Notes: a model not told the origin generated them from the sequence alone. DNA of 64,000 nucleotides from an uncultured Methanosarcinaceae archaeon (GCA_963721455.1 CAVRJG010000041.1:32001-96000), one strand, 5' to 3'. Positions 21,942-32,875 are shown, counted from the stretch's first letter. Numbers and translations: made by a program.

Positions 21942-22829
21942 ATGCTAAAAAGACAACTAGGAACCCTATTCCTGGTAACATGCCTTATTTTAACAACCGT
22001 ACCGGCTGTATTAGGCGGTCAGGACACACAAACAGTAACTGTTGCCGGAGATGGAAGCGGAGACTTCAACTGTGATGGAAAAGACGATCACGTCCAGATT
22101 AATCAGGCCCTTGATTATGCAGCAAAGAATCCAGGCACAACTGTCCACCTTAAAGGCCCATTCACATATGTTATAGGCGATTCTCTTCTGATAGGCAGCA
22201 ACACAATCCTTGAAGGAGATTCCGGTACAACAATTAAACTTGCCTCAGGATTATCTGTCTGGGGTGGGCGCAAGGTTAGTATTGCAAACGAAAAAGCTAT
22301 GCTTATGATTAAAGGCGATTCTGCAACCGATGTTACAATAAGAAGCTTAACTGTTGATGGTAGTCAGAGCGACTATTATCCTAGTGTCAAGCTTGGAACT
22401 TCCTGTTATAATATGGCAACTTTAATAGGTTGCAATGGGTTAACAATTCGGAATGTTACATTCAAGAATGGATGTAACGATGCCATGCTCATTTCAAAAT
22501 CTAGCAATGTAATGATAGATACAGTAACTGTAAACAAATGTGGGCATGATGGTGTATATGCCTATAATGTAAATGGCATTACAGTTAAGAATTGTAAATT
22601 TATTAACCGGACTAATTCATCCTGTCGATTCTATACTGTTACCGATGGAGTGTTTGCAAATAACGACTGTACTACATCTGGCGGTGGATATGCAGGCTTA
22701 GAATTAGAAGGAACTGTTAAAAACATAGAAGTTTATGGCAACAATTTCCATGATTTAGCTGGTCCTGCAATAGCACACGTGAATACAAAAGAATCTAATG
22801 TAAACATTCATGATAATGTGATCGCTTGA
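21942..22829 (+). CDS. secreted right-handed beta-helix protein (disaggregatase-related type)
   Basis: GGTGA RBS, signal peptide, VAGDGSGDFNCDGKDDHVQINQAL..HLKGPFTYVI, pectin-lyase-like repeats. Confidence 0.85.
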   Translation: MLKRQLGTLFLVTCLILTTVPAVLGGQDTQTVTVAGDGSGDFNCDGKDDHVQINQALDYAAKNPGTTVHLKGPFTYVIGDSLLIGSNTILEGDSGTTIKLASGLSVWGGRKVSIANEKAMLMIKGDSATDVTIRSLTVDGSQSDYYPSVKLGTSCYNMATLIGCNGLTIRNVTFKNGCNDAMLISKSSNVMIDTVTVNKCGHDGVYAYNVNGITVKNCKFINRTNSSCRFYTVTDGVFANNDCTTSGGGYAGLELEGTVKNIEVYGNNFHDLAGPAIAHVNTKESNVNIHDNVIA

Positions 22830-22861
22830 TCCCATAAGCTAGCATTGCAAAGAAGAATGTC

Positions 22862-22904
22862 TATTCTTAAGCACAGTCTGGTTCAGGTTATGTGCTTAAG
22901 AATA
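22862..22904 (+). terminator. 14-bp perfect inverted repeat downstream of the beta-helix gene
   Basis: TATTCTTAAGCACA-N15-TGTGCTTAAGAATA. Confidence 0.5.
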
Positions 22905-23138
22905 ACATAATAACCAACAAAAGAGCGGGTTCGGAGTACATAAAATGAACTTCGGGCACTCATTTTTTCTCCCTGCAGAATAACTCTACAGAAATGCAGG
23001 CGGAGACTCTAACGGCGTCCAGCCTCATCTTCGGACATAAAGGCACAGACCCGCAGGATGCTGACAGAAGCAATACCATTAAAGTCAATTTCTCAGCCAT
23101 TGGCATGGGAGCCTTCTGACACATAATAACATCCATTA

Positions 23139-23435
23139 CAAATTTTGATTTATGGAAGCTAAAGCTTCTTATATCCGGCCCCTCCAACAACCATCACTAG
23201 AACAGCGATATTGAAGAGTGGAGACTCTGCATAACGTATCCGCCCCACATAAATCGCAGAGAACCGAATTGGATAGGTTCAAAAATATTACGCAGACGTA
23301 ATAAGTATTTTGAAAACCCGTATAGAGCCGACTTGATTGGAGAATTCGATATAACCCTACCTGATTAGATAGTTCGGAAAAAAGTATTACGAGTACGTAA
23401 TATGGAATTTTGAGAAATATTTGGGAAAAAGTATA
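23139..23435 (+). repeat. ~300-bp direct repeat, copy B
   Basis: Aligns with 21581-21877; palindromes at 23286-23303 and 23385-23402. Confidence 0.9.
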
Positions 23436-24834
23436 TATTGCTTTATAATCGTAACTATTCAGCTCACGCAAAACAACCTCGATAGCCATCTTTACAAAAT
23501 CCGATGGGCAAATTTCTCTGAATTGATTTTATTTAATTGTTGGCTATTGATTACGTTTTTTCATTTTTTACCAGTTAGTAATCAGACTTCTCTGTTTTTT
23601 AAAATCAATATCAACCAACTAATTTTGGTAGGCTGAATAGTTACCATATTTTTAAGATTATACTACTTCCCTGATGACACGGAAGATATTGTCATACTGT
23701 ACGATGGCGAGAGAGCTACCCAGGATACACTCATGACAGAATATAAGGAACTTGCGAGCCATTACACATCAGTCGGAATATACACAGGCTATTCTTCAAA
23801 TACTCCTCCAACAGCTTCTTATGAATGTATTATGGGTGCAGCTCCGAATACGGGGTATATCCTGCACGTAACAAATATCTGATAAGGAGGGTTGACAGTA
23901 GATTGATATTTTTGAAATGGCGAGTATGGGTTATTCACCAAGAGTCAGACTGCTCTGGAGTCAGGAGCAATGAGGGGCAAAAGGAGTTCTCGGAGAAGGG
24001 AGAAAAGGGGAATTGAACTCTTTACTTTCATTTCATATACCGCGGTATGCCAACTTTAAAATTTTTTATGCCAAACTATTTTTTGCTTAAAAAGAATTTT
24101 TTGTATAATTAATTTAAAATAATTTATGTTCTTATTATATTATGGAGTTGGGAAGTGAAATTAGGTATTCTACCACATAAATAAAAGAATCTCCTGGAGG
24201 CAACTGATCCTTCTTCGAATCGATGTGCTTGGCGGAGCATAATATTCGGAGAGACTGTATTGGGGGATACAGTAAACGGATGCAGTGCCTCTGGTCTATT
24301 TCTCGTATTTTTATTACTGTTCTTTTGCCCTATTTTTTTCATGCTCCTTGTTGAGTTTGCTTCAAAGCTAATATTGGCTTGAAAACATAACTTCTTCATG
24401 TTTCTTTTTATGAGATTTAAGGAAAGAGGTTTATTGAATACATAGTTCTCGATTTCTGTAGATCCACGGTATTCTCTTCTGTTCGAAATCAATAATTCTG
24501 CTTAGCAGCCGATCTATCTGAAGCTGCAGCTTCATAATTATTCTCCTTTTTTTAATCCGTTGTGCCCGGAACTCTTACTTTTTTTATTTTAAAATACATT
24601 CTGGCTGCTGTATGAGCATCCTACAATACCTTTCGTTGTTGAATCTTTAGGGAGTAAAATTTAGTTACTAGCGATAATTTTTGAGTTTATCTATCTTTTG
24701 CCGGAGCTTGTGCCTGAAATTGGGAAAAACGGATTCCTCTTCTTAATTTATTTTATATATATCCTAAATTTTATATAGTGTTCTTCCTTTATAGATTGTT
24801 AATCTTGAATTTTCTTTTATCTATAATCTGTGGG

Positions 24835-26928
24835 GTGTCCAGAATAGATATTAGTAAAAAGGTTTTTATAATAACCATTTTAATTTTTGCAATTCTTATT
24901 GCTGCATTTACGTTTTCCCATAATATGCAGCTTTCAAACTTTTTGGAGCTTGAACAGGCGGGCACATTGGATAATGTTGGGAGGGTACAGAATGCCGTTT
25001 CTACACAGCAGGGGTATCTTGATTATATAGTCCAGGATTGGGCCTGCTGGAATGATACCTACCAGTTCATTGACGATAGAAACCAGCAGTACATAGATGT
25101 AAACCTTCAGAACCAGACGCTTGCCGGAATCAACGTTGACATTATGCTTTTTGTAAATGATTCCGGATCTCTTATCTACGCAAAATCGATAGATGTTAAT
25201 ACTGCAATGGAAAGGCCGGTTCCTGAAGAGCTTCTCAAAATGGTGGAAGACGGTACTCTTCTCACAAAATCTAAAGACGGCAACATAAGCGGTTTTGTTT
25301 TGCTCGATCAGGACCCCATGTTTATTGCCTGCCATCCCATCCTGACGACAAAGTACCAGGGGCCTGTAAAGGGCACCCTGATTTTCGGGAGATACTTTGA
25401 CAGCACTCTTCTCGACTCTTTCAAAGAGGTTACCCGCTCTTCCCTTGTGATGTACAGGGTCGATAGAGATATGCCTCCTGATTTTCAGGAAAAACTTCCT
25501 ACATTTTCCGGGCATGCTGGAAGGCCTGTGGTCGAGCCCCTTAGCGAAGATAAAATAGCAGGTTATTTTGAATTGAATGACACTTCAGGCAAGCCTGCCC
25601 TTATTATGAGAGCGGACTTTCCGAGAGAACTCTATTTGCATGGCGAGAAAACCCTGAATAATATGTATTTCTTCCTTTTGCTAACCGGCCTTATGACCGG
25701 GGTTGGAGTTAAATTTGTGCTTGACAGGCTATTCATTTCAAGGTTGAGAGGAATTGACAATTTCGTTACACGGGTCCGGTCGGAAAAAGACCTTTCCAAA
25801 AGATTATCTCTTAAAGATAATGATGAACTTTACCGCCTTTCAAGGGAAATAAACGGGATGTTAAATGAAATCGATCTTGCAGAACAGGAATTAAAAGCAC
25901 AGGAACGGGAAAAGAAAGTTCTGCTCGACTGTCTGAACGAACTTGTTTTTTTCGTAAACCCCCAGCTTAATATCATCTGGGCAAACAAGGCTGCCCTTGA
26001 ATATCTGCAGATAAGCCTTGAAAAAGCAGCGGGCGTATGCCTTAAAGCTACTTCGGGAACAAGCGGCCCGTTATCCGATTACCTTCAGCTTGAGCAGATC
26101 TTTGTAACAGGCAATAAAAAGTCAGGGGAATTTACCGCAAAAGACGGCAGGACCTGGTTTGTCCAGGCAATCCCGGTAACCGAGGAGGATGGAAAGATTA
26201 TAGGGGTCCTGGAAATGTTCAGGGATATTACGGAAAAGACGAAAGTCGAGCAGCTGCGGAAGAAAGAGATCAACCATAGAATTAAAAACAACCTGCAGAT
26301 AGTTTCGTCTTTGCTTGATCTTCAAGCCGAAAAGTTCAGTGACCGAAAAGTCATTGAAGCTTTTAAGGAAAGTGAAAGCCGCATTTTATCGATGTCTCTT
26401 ATACACCAGGAACTTTACGAATCCGGAAAACTGGACTCCCTTGATTTTTCGTCCTATCTTCGTAAACTGATAACAGATCTTCTCAAATCATACGATACTG
26501 AAAATGGCAAAATCCGGGTAAATCTCGATGTCAGCAGCGTTTTCCTTGGGGTTGATACTGCCGTTTCTCTGGGCATCCTAATAAATGAACTGTTTACAAA
26601 CTCTTTCAAATATGCTTTTCCAGCAGGAGCCGGCGGAGAAATCAATATATCCCTGACCAGAGAAAAATCCGCGGAAGAAGCAAATGAAAACAAAGCCCGA
26701 GGCAAAATTCTCTCTGAAAGTCTCGCAAAAATTCGCGAGGAAAATGAAAACTACAAGCTTATTTTTGAAGATAACGGAAGAGGATTTCCAGAAGGATTCG
26801 ATTTCAGGAACTCGGAAACGCTGGGTTTGCAGCTTGTAAATGCCCTTGTAGATCAGATAGATGGCAGCCTCGATCTGGAAAAGGGGAAGGGCACGAAGTT
26901 TATTATTAAATTCAAGAATGAGATTTAA
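24835..26928 (+). CDS. CHASE4-HAMP-PAS sensor histidine kinase (HisKA_2 type)
   Basis: TM, DWACWNDTYQF (CHASE4), second TM/HAMP, FRDITE, EINHRIKNNLQ, NELFTNSFKY, DNGRG, LGLQLV; start uncertain. Confidence 0.92.
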   Translation: MSRIDISKKVFIITILIFAILIAAFTFSHNMQLSNFLELEQAGTLDNVGRVQNAVSTQQGYLDYIVQDWACWNDTYQFIDDRNQQYIDVNLQNQTLAGINVDIMLFVNDSGSLIYAKSIDVNTAMERPVPEELLKMVEDGTLLTKSKDGNISGFVLLDQDPMFIACHPILTTKYQGPVKGTLIFGRYFDSTLLDSFKEVTRSSLVMYRVDRDMPPDFQEKLPTFSGHAGRPVVEPLSEDKIAGYFELNDTSGKPALIMRADFPRELYLHGEKTLNNMYFFLLLTGLMTGVGVKFVLDRLFISRLRGIDNFVTRVRSEKDLSKRLSLKDNDELYRLSREINGMLNEIDLAEQELKAQEREKKVLLDCLNELVFFVNPQLNIIWANKAALEYLQISLEKAAGVCLKATSGTSGPLSDYLQLEQIFVTGNKKSGEFTAKDGRTWFVQAIPVTEEDGKIIGVLEMFRDITEKTKVEQLRKKEINHRIKNNLQIVSSLLDLQAEKFSDRKVIEAFKESESRILSMSLIHQELYESGKLDSLDFSSYLRKLITDLLKSYDTENGKIRVNLDVSSVFLGVDTAVSLGILINELFTNSFKYAFPAGAGGEINISLTREKSAEEANENKARGKILSESLAKIREENENYKLIFEDNGRGFPEGFDFRNSETLGLQLVNALVDQIDGSLDLEKGKGTKFIIKFKNEI

Positions 26929-27230
26929 ATTGATGGTAAGAAGCATACCGGAGAAGTGATAACTTTACAGCTATTAGAACCTTCCAACCCTGGTTGCTTA
27001 AATTTTATTCCTTTTTTTTATTTTTAAGATCAACAGTAAATAGGAATCGTGGAAAGAGATTCATACCGGTCTAGCAGCTCTGGGAAATTAAAGTAAAAAT
27101 AAAAAAGTAAAAATAAAAAAGTAAAAATTTCAGGTAAATTTATAGGCTTTTTTCTGCCAGTTTTTACTTTTCGTCCCTTATTTTAGACAATAGTAAAAAA
27201 ATATTGTAAATATGAATATTTATTAGCTTG

Positions 27231-27911
27231 TTATCTTTCCTCCAGTAGATATCTTTTAAACCAGTCACCGGCTAAACGGGCAACTTCTTCTAACGCTCCC
27301 TGCTCTTCAAAAAGATGGGTGGCGCCCGGAACAATCTTCAATTCTTTTTCCATTATAACCATTCTGTCTAAAGCCCACCGGTTCAGGTCGATTACCTGAG
27401 TGTCTCTTCCGCCTACAATAAACAACGTCGGTGCCTTTACATACATCAATGCACTTTCAGCAAGGTCAGGCCGTCCTCCTCTGGAAACCACTGCTTTTAC
27501 GGTATCAGACTGTTCTCCTGCAGCTATGAGTGCGGCTGCAGCACCTGTACTTGCCCCAAAGTAACCAAGATTAAGTTTTTTAGTATCCTGCCTATCTAAA
27601 AGCCATCTTGTTGTATCAATAAGCCGCTTTGAAAGCATGTTAATATCAAAACGGAGATCGCGTGTTATCATGTCGATTCTCTCTTCTTCTACTGTCAGGA
27701 GATCAAATAAAAGGGTTGCAAGCCCATTTCTCTGAAGTTCCTGTGCAACGTACTGGTTGCGTGGGCTATGGCGGCTGCTTCCGCTCCCGTGCACAAAAAC
27801 GACAATTCCCTTTGCTTCTTCAGGAATATCCAGGTTTCCATCAAGATAAATTGAGCCACTTGGAATGCGGACTCCTGCATTCCTTTTACCCGTATCCGGT
27901 GATTCGCTCAT
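27231..27911 (-). CDS. dienelactone-hydrolase-like alpha/beta hydrolase
   Basis: HGSGSSRHSPRN, GYFGASTG, VSRGGRPDLA, GATHLFEE. Confidence 0.9.
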   Translation of the reverse strand: MSESPDTGKRNAGVRIPSGSIYLDGNLDIPEEAKGIVVFVHGSGSSRHSPRNQYVAQELQRNGLATLLFDLLTVEEERIDMITRDLRFDINMLSKRLIDTTRWLLDRQDTKKLNLGYFGASTGAAAALIAAGEQSDTVKAVVSRGGRPDLAESALMYVKAPTLFIVGGRDTQVIDLNRWALDRMVIMEKELKIVPGATHLFEEQGALEEVARLAGDWFKRYLLEER

Positions 27912-27978
27912 ATTAACCCCCCAAAAGACTTTATTATAAACCACAGGTCTGCAAGTGAGTAAACATCAGGTTTGCCTC

Positions 27979-28644
27979 TTACTTCGCCGGAAGGCTCCTT
28001 GCCTTATCCAGCAGTTCACAGACTTCTTCGTCGGCAGTTTGACTGAAATTCCCATACCAGGCTCCGACCCCATAGAACGGTTCAGGTGTAGCAACACATA
28101 TTACTTCATCGACCTCTTTTTCAAAGAACCTGCATGTATCAGGTGCAGCCGTAGGAACTGCAACCACTATTTTAGCCGGGTTTTTAGTTTTAAGGGCAGC
28201 AGCCGCTGCACGCATTGTTGCGCCTGTCGCAAGCCCGTCATCTATCAAAATTACAGTCGAGCCGCTTATTTGCGGTTTGGGCCTATTCCCACGATAAGTG
28301 CGTTCCCTGCGTTCAAGTTCCCTGAGCTCATTCGCAGCTACCGTATCAATTACCCTTTCGGGTATCTGAAAAGACCTGACCACATCTTCATTCAACACCC
28401 GGATATTGTCAGAGGCAATCGCTCCCATTGCCAGCTCTTCATTTCCGGGTACTCCTAACTTCCGCACTATAAAAACATCCATTTTTACATTCAGTTCCTT
28501 TGCAACTTCAAAAGCTACCGGGACCCCACCACGCGGAAGCGCCAGTATAAGTACATCTGGACGGTTTGCATACTTTGAAAGTTCTTTTGCCAGCTTTCTT
28601 CCTGCATCGACTCTATCTTTAAAAAGTGCCATTAGCCCCTTCAA
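27979..28644 (-). CDS. phosphoribosyltransferase
   Basis: FKDRVDAGR, LPRGGVPV, ILIDDGLATG. Confidence 0.92.
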   Translation of the reverse strand: MKGLMALFKDRVDAGRKLAKELSKYANRPDVLILALPRGGVPVAFEVAKELNVKMDVFIVRKLGVPGNEELAMGAIASDNIRVLNEDVVRSFQIPERVIDTVAANELRELERRERTYRGNRPKPQISGSTVILIDDGLATGATMRAAAAALKTKNPAKIVVAVPTAAPDTCRFFEKEVDEVICVATPEPFYGVGAWYGNFSQTADEEVCELLDKARSLPAK

Positions 28645-29169
28645 CCCCCATATTGAACTGGATTAATTGATAAGATAAGCTCTGTTAATTTATAGTATAT
28701 ATTTTCAAAGCTTTAAATATATAGATTATAAATTTAAGTTTAAACTATTATATAATTGCGATTTTGATACAATAGAGGCCAGGTGAAAGCAAAACTTTAA
28801 AAATATTATTCTATTTTCAGGTGACTTGCCTGTTTTGTAGCGGAGAGTAATATCTTGTTAAATTCATCTTAAGTTAAAAACGAGTATGTCCCCCCGTATT
28901 TGCGGAAAATGAAAAGGGATTCTCATGATTATGGTTTTCAATAACTCACCCAACGACCGAATCCGGCCTTTTGTGTATTATTGTGTCTTTACTCAGTTTG
29001 TTTTTTTGTTCCTGCTGAGGTATATGAATTCTTTTTTGGGACTTCTTAATTGTTCTCTACTCTCATGGGCATAATTATTTAATTTCAGGTCACCAGTATA
29101 ATTCAGATATATCCTGCTGAACTCTTTTTTCGCGCCCTCATTTGAATAAGTTCTCCTAAAGGTAACTAT

Positions 29170-29805
29170 ATGAAACGCAACACAAAGGAATGGAAAGAAA
29201 AAAGGGCCGAGTTTCTCAAAGGCAAAACCTGTGCGTGGTGCGGGTCTTCCGATTCCCTGTGCATCCATACTCCCAGGGCTTTTTCTCCGGCACACGTCAG
29301 CTCCGAGATTTATAGTGCTGCATATGCCAGGTTCAGGGAAGTTTATAGGGAAAAATACCAGAAATTTGATTGCATGTCAACTGGCAAGCACCGTCATAAA
29401 AGCCACCCTGCCTGGCATAAAGCCTCGACAGTGCATAAAACCGAGCCTGACCATACTGACCTTGAAGAACAGTGTATTGAAGTGCTTGTAGAAGACTCAG
29501 GAGAAGGAAACTTCAAAAAGCTTTATCATGAATGGCTTGAAGAAAGCGGAATTAAAGAGCTGATTGAAGAAGAGATTAAAAAAGCAGGGGAAGAATGCGA
29601 GTCTCTGACAAACGCAATTGCACTTTGCAAACGCTGTCATTTTGCAAGCCTCAGGGGTATGAATCTCTGCCCTGTATGCAGGAATAAATATAAGTCCTTA
29701 AACTATGAGACCTGCTTTGATTGCCTGCCAAAAGAGAAAAAGGAGGAAGTTCTGGCAAGGCAAAAAAGAGAATTTTCCGGAGAATTCAGGGCAGATTCCC
29801 TATAA
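29170..29805 (+). CDS. Cys-rich hypothetical protein (split HNH-like/zinc-finger motifs)
   Basis: CAWC..LCIH, LCKRCH, CPVC, CFDC. Confidence 0.7.
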   Translation: MKRNTKEWKEKRAEFLKGKTCAWCGSSDSLCIHTPRAFSPAHVSSEIYSAAYARFREVYREKYQKFDCMSTGKHRHKSHPAWHKASTVHKTEPDHTDLEEQCIEVLVEDSGEGNFKKLYHEWLEESGIKELIEEEIKKAGEECESLTNAIALCKRCHFASLRGMNLCPVCRNKYKSLNYETCFDCLPKEKKEEVLARQKREFSGEFRADSL

Positions 29806-29846
29806 ATCGTTTTTCGGCATGTATAATTTCTGGAAATATCTTTTTT

Positions 29847-30065
29847 TCAGAGAAGAGCCCAACCACTTCCTCCACAGGCCCTGCAAGTCCCTATTTCCAG
29901 GCATCCGGCCCCATTGCAGAGAGGACATGTTATTGCAGGCTGGGCAACGAGCACATCTCCCTGCCCTCCGCAAGCTTCACAAGTTCCACTTTCAGCATGT
30001 CCGGTTCCGCTACAAAGAGAGCATTTTTCCGGAGCGTATTCGGTATCTATATACGTATGAAACAT
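29847..30065 (-). CDS. small DnaJ-type zinc-finger protein
   Basis: Four CxxCxGxG repeats in 72 aa. Confidence 0.8.
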   Translation of the reverse strand: MFHTYIDTEYAPEKCSLCSGTGHAESGTCEACGGQGDVLVAQPAITCPLCNGAGCLEIGTCRACGGSGWALL

Positions 30066-30279
30066 CTTACCACCTTCAAAGATCCGATTGCAAAAATATT
30101 ATCTGAAAAATCCTTTTGATACCTATTTTCGGCGTTCTGGGTTAAAAGATCTTGCAAAAAGATAAAAAGGAAAAAGTTATAACTGAATTGGCGGCTTTTC
30201 TTTTCTTTCAGTATCGGTGGGCTTTTCTCATCGGTGCCCCTAAAATATTTCATTATTTTTTGCAGCAAGTACGATACAA

Positions 30280-30591
30280 GGAGACAAGGTCATCAATATT
30301 GCTGGAGAGCACCCTGGGAAGATTGAAGAGTTAATGATCGATCCCGAAGATGGGAGAGTCGCATATTCAGTACTCTCTTTTGGAGGATTCCCGGATATTG
30401 GAAATAAACTGTTTGCTATCCCCGGGGAAGCTCTTCCAGTGAGGCCGCATGAGTACGTTTTCGCCCTTAATATTAGCAAGGAATCCTGGAAAAGGCAGAA
30501 GGCTTTGATAAGGATCACTGGCTTACGACTGACCGTGAGTGGCTTTCTTGCATGTACAGTTACTGTGGATACCAGCCTTAATGGCAGGTAG
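30280..30591 (+). pseudogene. PRC-barrel protein remnant
   Basis: MIDPEDGRVAYSVLSFGGF..KLFAIP; frameshifted at both ends. Confidence 0.7.
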
Positions 30592-30715
30592 AGGTGCCGG
30601 GGCAGACAGAGACAACGAGAGAGAAAATAGAAAGGAAACTTTAAATATACTCGGGAGACCTGCTGTCATGTCTCCCAGAGCTTAGAGTCTCTTCAGGACT
30701 TTTAATTTTTACTGG

Positions 30716-31855
30716 TTATGCTTTACGAAATAATTTTTCTTTTTCTGTCAAAAGAGTTGCAAGTAGCGATTTTTTAATTTCTACCGCATTATTGGGGCAG
30801 AGTTCGCGACAGCAGTAACATAAAATACACTTCTCGCGATTGATCCTGAAGCTTCCGTCTTCAAGCCGTTCCACAGCATGGGGGGAGCAGTTCAAATAGC
30901 AAGCTCCGCAGCGGGTACATTTTTTCCTGTTGATCCTGGGATAAATGTTATAATATTTGCCGAGGCTGCGGGTCAGAAAAGTAGGAGCTGTGCTGACTCC
31001 TCCGCTGGATTGTTTGAATTTCATTTTGACTTCTTTCAAAGGCGTTCCGACCACAACCGGACACTGGTTTCCGAAGCCTTTTTTGATGGCGCCTGCAGTT
31101 GTGGGTATCCTCAAGGGATCAAAGCCAATCAGTTCCGCAGCAACGATATCCAGGGAAACACAATCCGGGCTTGCCAGGATTACACCGGAATTTACAGGCT
31201 TTCCATGAGAAGGTCCATTTCCTTCCATGCCCATAACCCCATCCATGACTGCAAAGGCGGGCCTGATAGCAGAGTATACGTCTGCAACAGCTTCCCCAAA
31301 AAGGTCTCTTTTTCCAAGAAGATGCATTTCTTTGCGGCATTTCAGGGGAAGGGCCCCGAAAAAGTTCTTGACCGCGCCTGTGTAATAGGTAAGTTCATGA
31401 GTTTTCAATTTTGGAAGAGATATCACTACATCGGCTTCAAGGACAGGATTTGCAATGTATAATTTGCGGAATTGCAGGGGGTCAGGAATATCTACCAGGG
31501 TAAAGCCCGCAGTTTCGAAATTTACTACCTGGGCCCCGGCCTTTCGGGCAGATTCCTCTATGCCTGAAGTTTTCAGGGCTTTTGAGGTGGTTCCTGGCCT
31601 TGAGATTCCAGCTCCGTCTCCGACTACAGGCTTTCCTCCTGCCTGAAGCACGAACTCGCACATCGAGGCTACTATGGAGGGATGAGTGGTTGCTGCACTC
31701 TCTGGAGGGCTGGCTGCAAGAATATTTGGTTTCAGAAGTACGCGGTCTCCTGAATGGATTACGTTTTCAAGGCCTCCGAGCAGGTCCAGAGCTTCTGCTA
31801 TTGCTCTTTTTGTGTCAGAATAATCAGGGCAGCGGACTATGGAGACTTTACTCAC
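30716..31855 (-). CDS. DUF362 domain protein with 2[4Fe-4S] ferredoxin domain
   Basis: VLLKPN, SLPKLKTH, GAVKNFFG, MEGNGP, CTRCGACYLNC, CILCYCCRELCP. Confidence 0.92.
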   Translation of the reverse strand: MSKVSIVRCPDYSDTKRAIAEALDLLGGLENVIHSGDRVLLKPNILAASPPESAATTHPSIVASMCEFVLQAGGKPVVGDGAGISRPGTTSKALKTSGIEESARKAGAQVVNFETAGFTLVDIPDPLQFRKLYIANPVLEADVVISLPKLKTHELTYYTGAVKNFFGALPLKCRKEMHLLGKRDLFGEAVADVYSAIRPAFAVMDGVMGMEGNGPSHGKPVNSGVILASPDCVSLDIVAAELIGFDPLRIPTTAGAIKKGFGNQCPVVVGTPLKEVKMKFKQSSGGVSTAPTFLTRSLGKYYNIYPRINRKKCTRCGACYLNCSPHAVERLEDGSFRINREKCILCYCCRELCPNNAVEIKKSLLATLLTEKEKLFRKA

Positions 31856-31945
31856 GGCTGGAAAATAAATGGGCTTATTATTAAATTCCTTTCCGGTCCG
31901 AGTTCATTTGCCTTTTTTCTCGAACTTTTTTCTTAACTTTTTCTT

Positions 31946-32377
31946 TTATCGGTTTTTAATCCCTATCATGGAATCTATTTCTTCAGCTATGTTTTCGAGT
32001 TCATCAAAAATCCTTTCCGAATCCTTTCGCATTTCTCCTACTGCAGCTTTCAAGCTGCCCCCCCGCAGGTATATAAGGCGTTTTTTCCTGTAAAGGAGGC
32101 CCGAATCGTTGAGGTTCCTGAGATGGTGGTTAACTCTTGATATTTTTATCTCAAGGTCTCCAGCAAGGGCTTCTGAAGAAGTTGCCTCGTCGTTTGAGAG
32201 TTTATCAAGCAGGCTAAAAATTATCCTGGTAGCTGTATTTTCGGTGTCCCTGCCCGAAGAAAAACCGAAGCTATCACAGAACCATAAAAGGTCCTCTTCC
32301 AGGTTTTTTATATGCGGTTTTTCAATGTTCCTTAAAATGATCTCCTGAACCATCTGGGTAATATTTTGGAGTTTCAC
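31946..32377 (-). CDS. ArsR-like winged-helix regulator
   Basis: WFCDSFGFSSGRD..SSEALAGDL..VNHHLRNLNDSGL. Confidence 0.8.
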   Translation of the reverse strand: MKLQNITQMVQEIILRNIEKPHIKNLEEDLLWFCDSFGFSSGRDTENTATRIIFSLLDKLSNDEATSSEALAGDLEIKISRVNHHLRNLNDSGLLYRKKRLIYLRGGSLKAAVGEMRKDSERIFDELENIAEEIDSMIGIKNR

Positions 32378-32590
32378 ATATATATATTTTCTTCAGATTT
32401 GTAGATATCATTTCCATTTTTTAGTCATCATATTCATTTATCCTGGTAATTTTTAAATAGAAGTTTTGCATTATATGCAGATAGTTGGGCGTTTCACAGC
32501 TCAATACGTTCATCAATCCTATATTGACTATAACTACCATTTAATGTTCAGCTAATGCAGGATCACTTGTGCATAGGGAGGAATAAAATA

Positions 32591-32875
32591 GTGATTATCA
32601 GACCTATTGGCGAACGAGTATTACTCAAACACCAGCAGAAAGAAGAAGTGACAAAAGGTGGGATCTACATCCCTGAATCTGCAAGGCAGGATAAAAAGGA
32701 AGGAATTGTAATAGCCGTGGGGACTTTTGAAGACGGGAAGGAACTGCCCCTGAAAAAAGGCGACCGTGTGATTTACGGGGGATATCAGGCCGATGAGATC
32801 GAATTAGATGACGAAAAGTATGTTTTTGTCGATTTTAAGGATATCCTGGCAACAATTGTGGACGAAAAATGTTGA
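32591..32875 (+). CDS. groES: co-chaperonin GroES
   Basis: IRPIGERVLL..TKGGIYIP..G.VIAVG..DILA; GGAGG RBS with GTG start. Confidence 0.95.
   Translation: MIIRPIGERVLLKHQQKEEVTKGGIYIPESARQDKKEGIVIAVGTFEDGKELPLKKGDRVIYGGYQADEIELDDEKYVFVDFKDILATIVDEKC

Noticed and set aside
22960-23489. ORFs over repeat copy B
   Set aside because: The frames are not preserved in copy A, so the repeat is non-coding.
27085-27128. AAAGTAAAAATAAA tandem repeat, and a similar CTTAAGACAAGAGTA repeat at ~58282-58345
   Set aside because: Short simple-sequence duplications with no sign of function.
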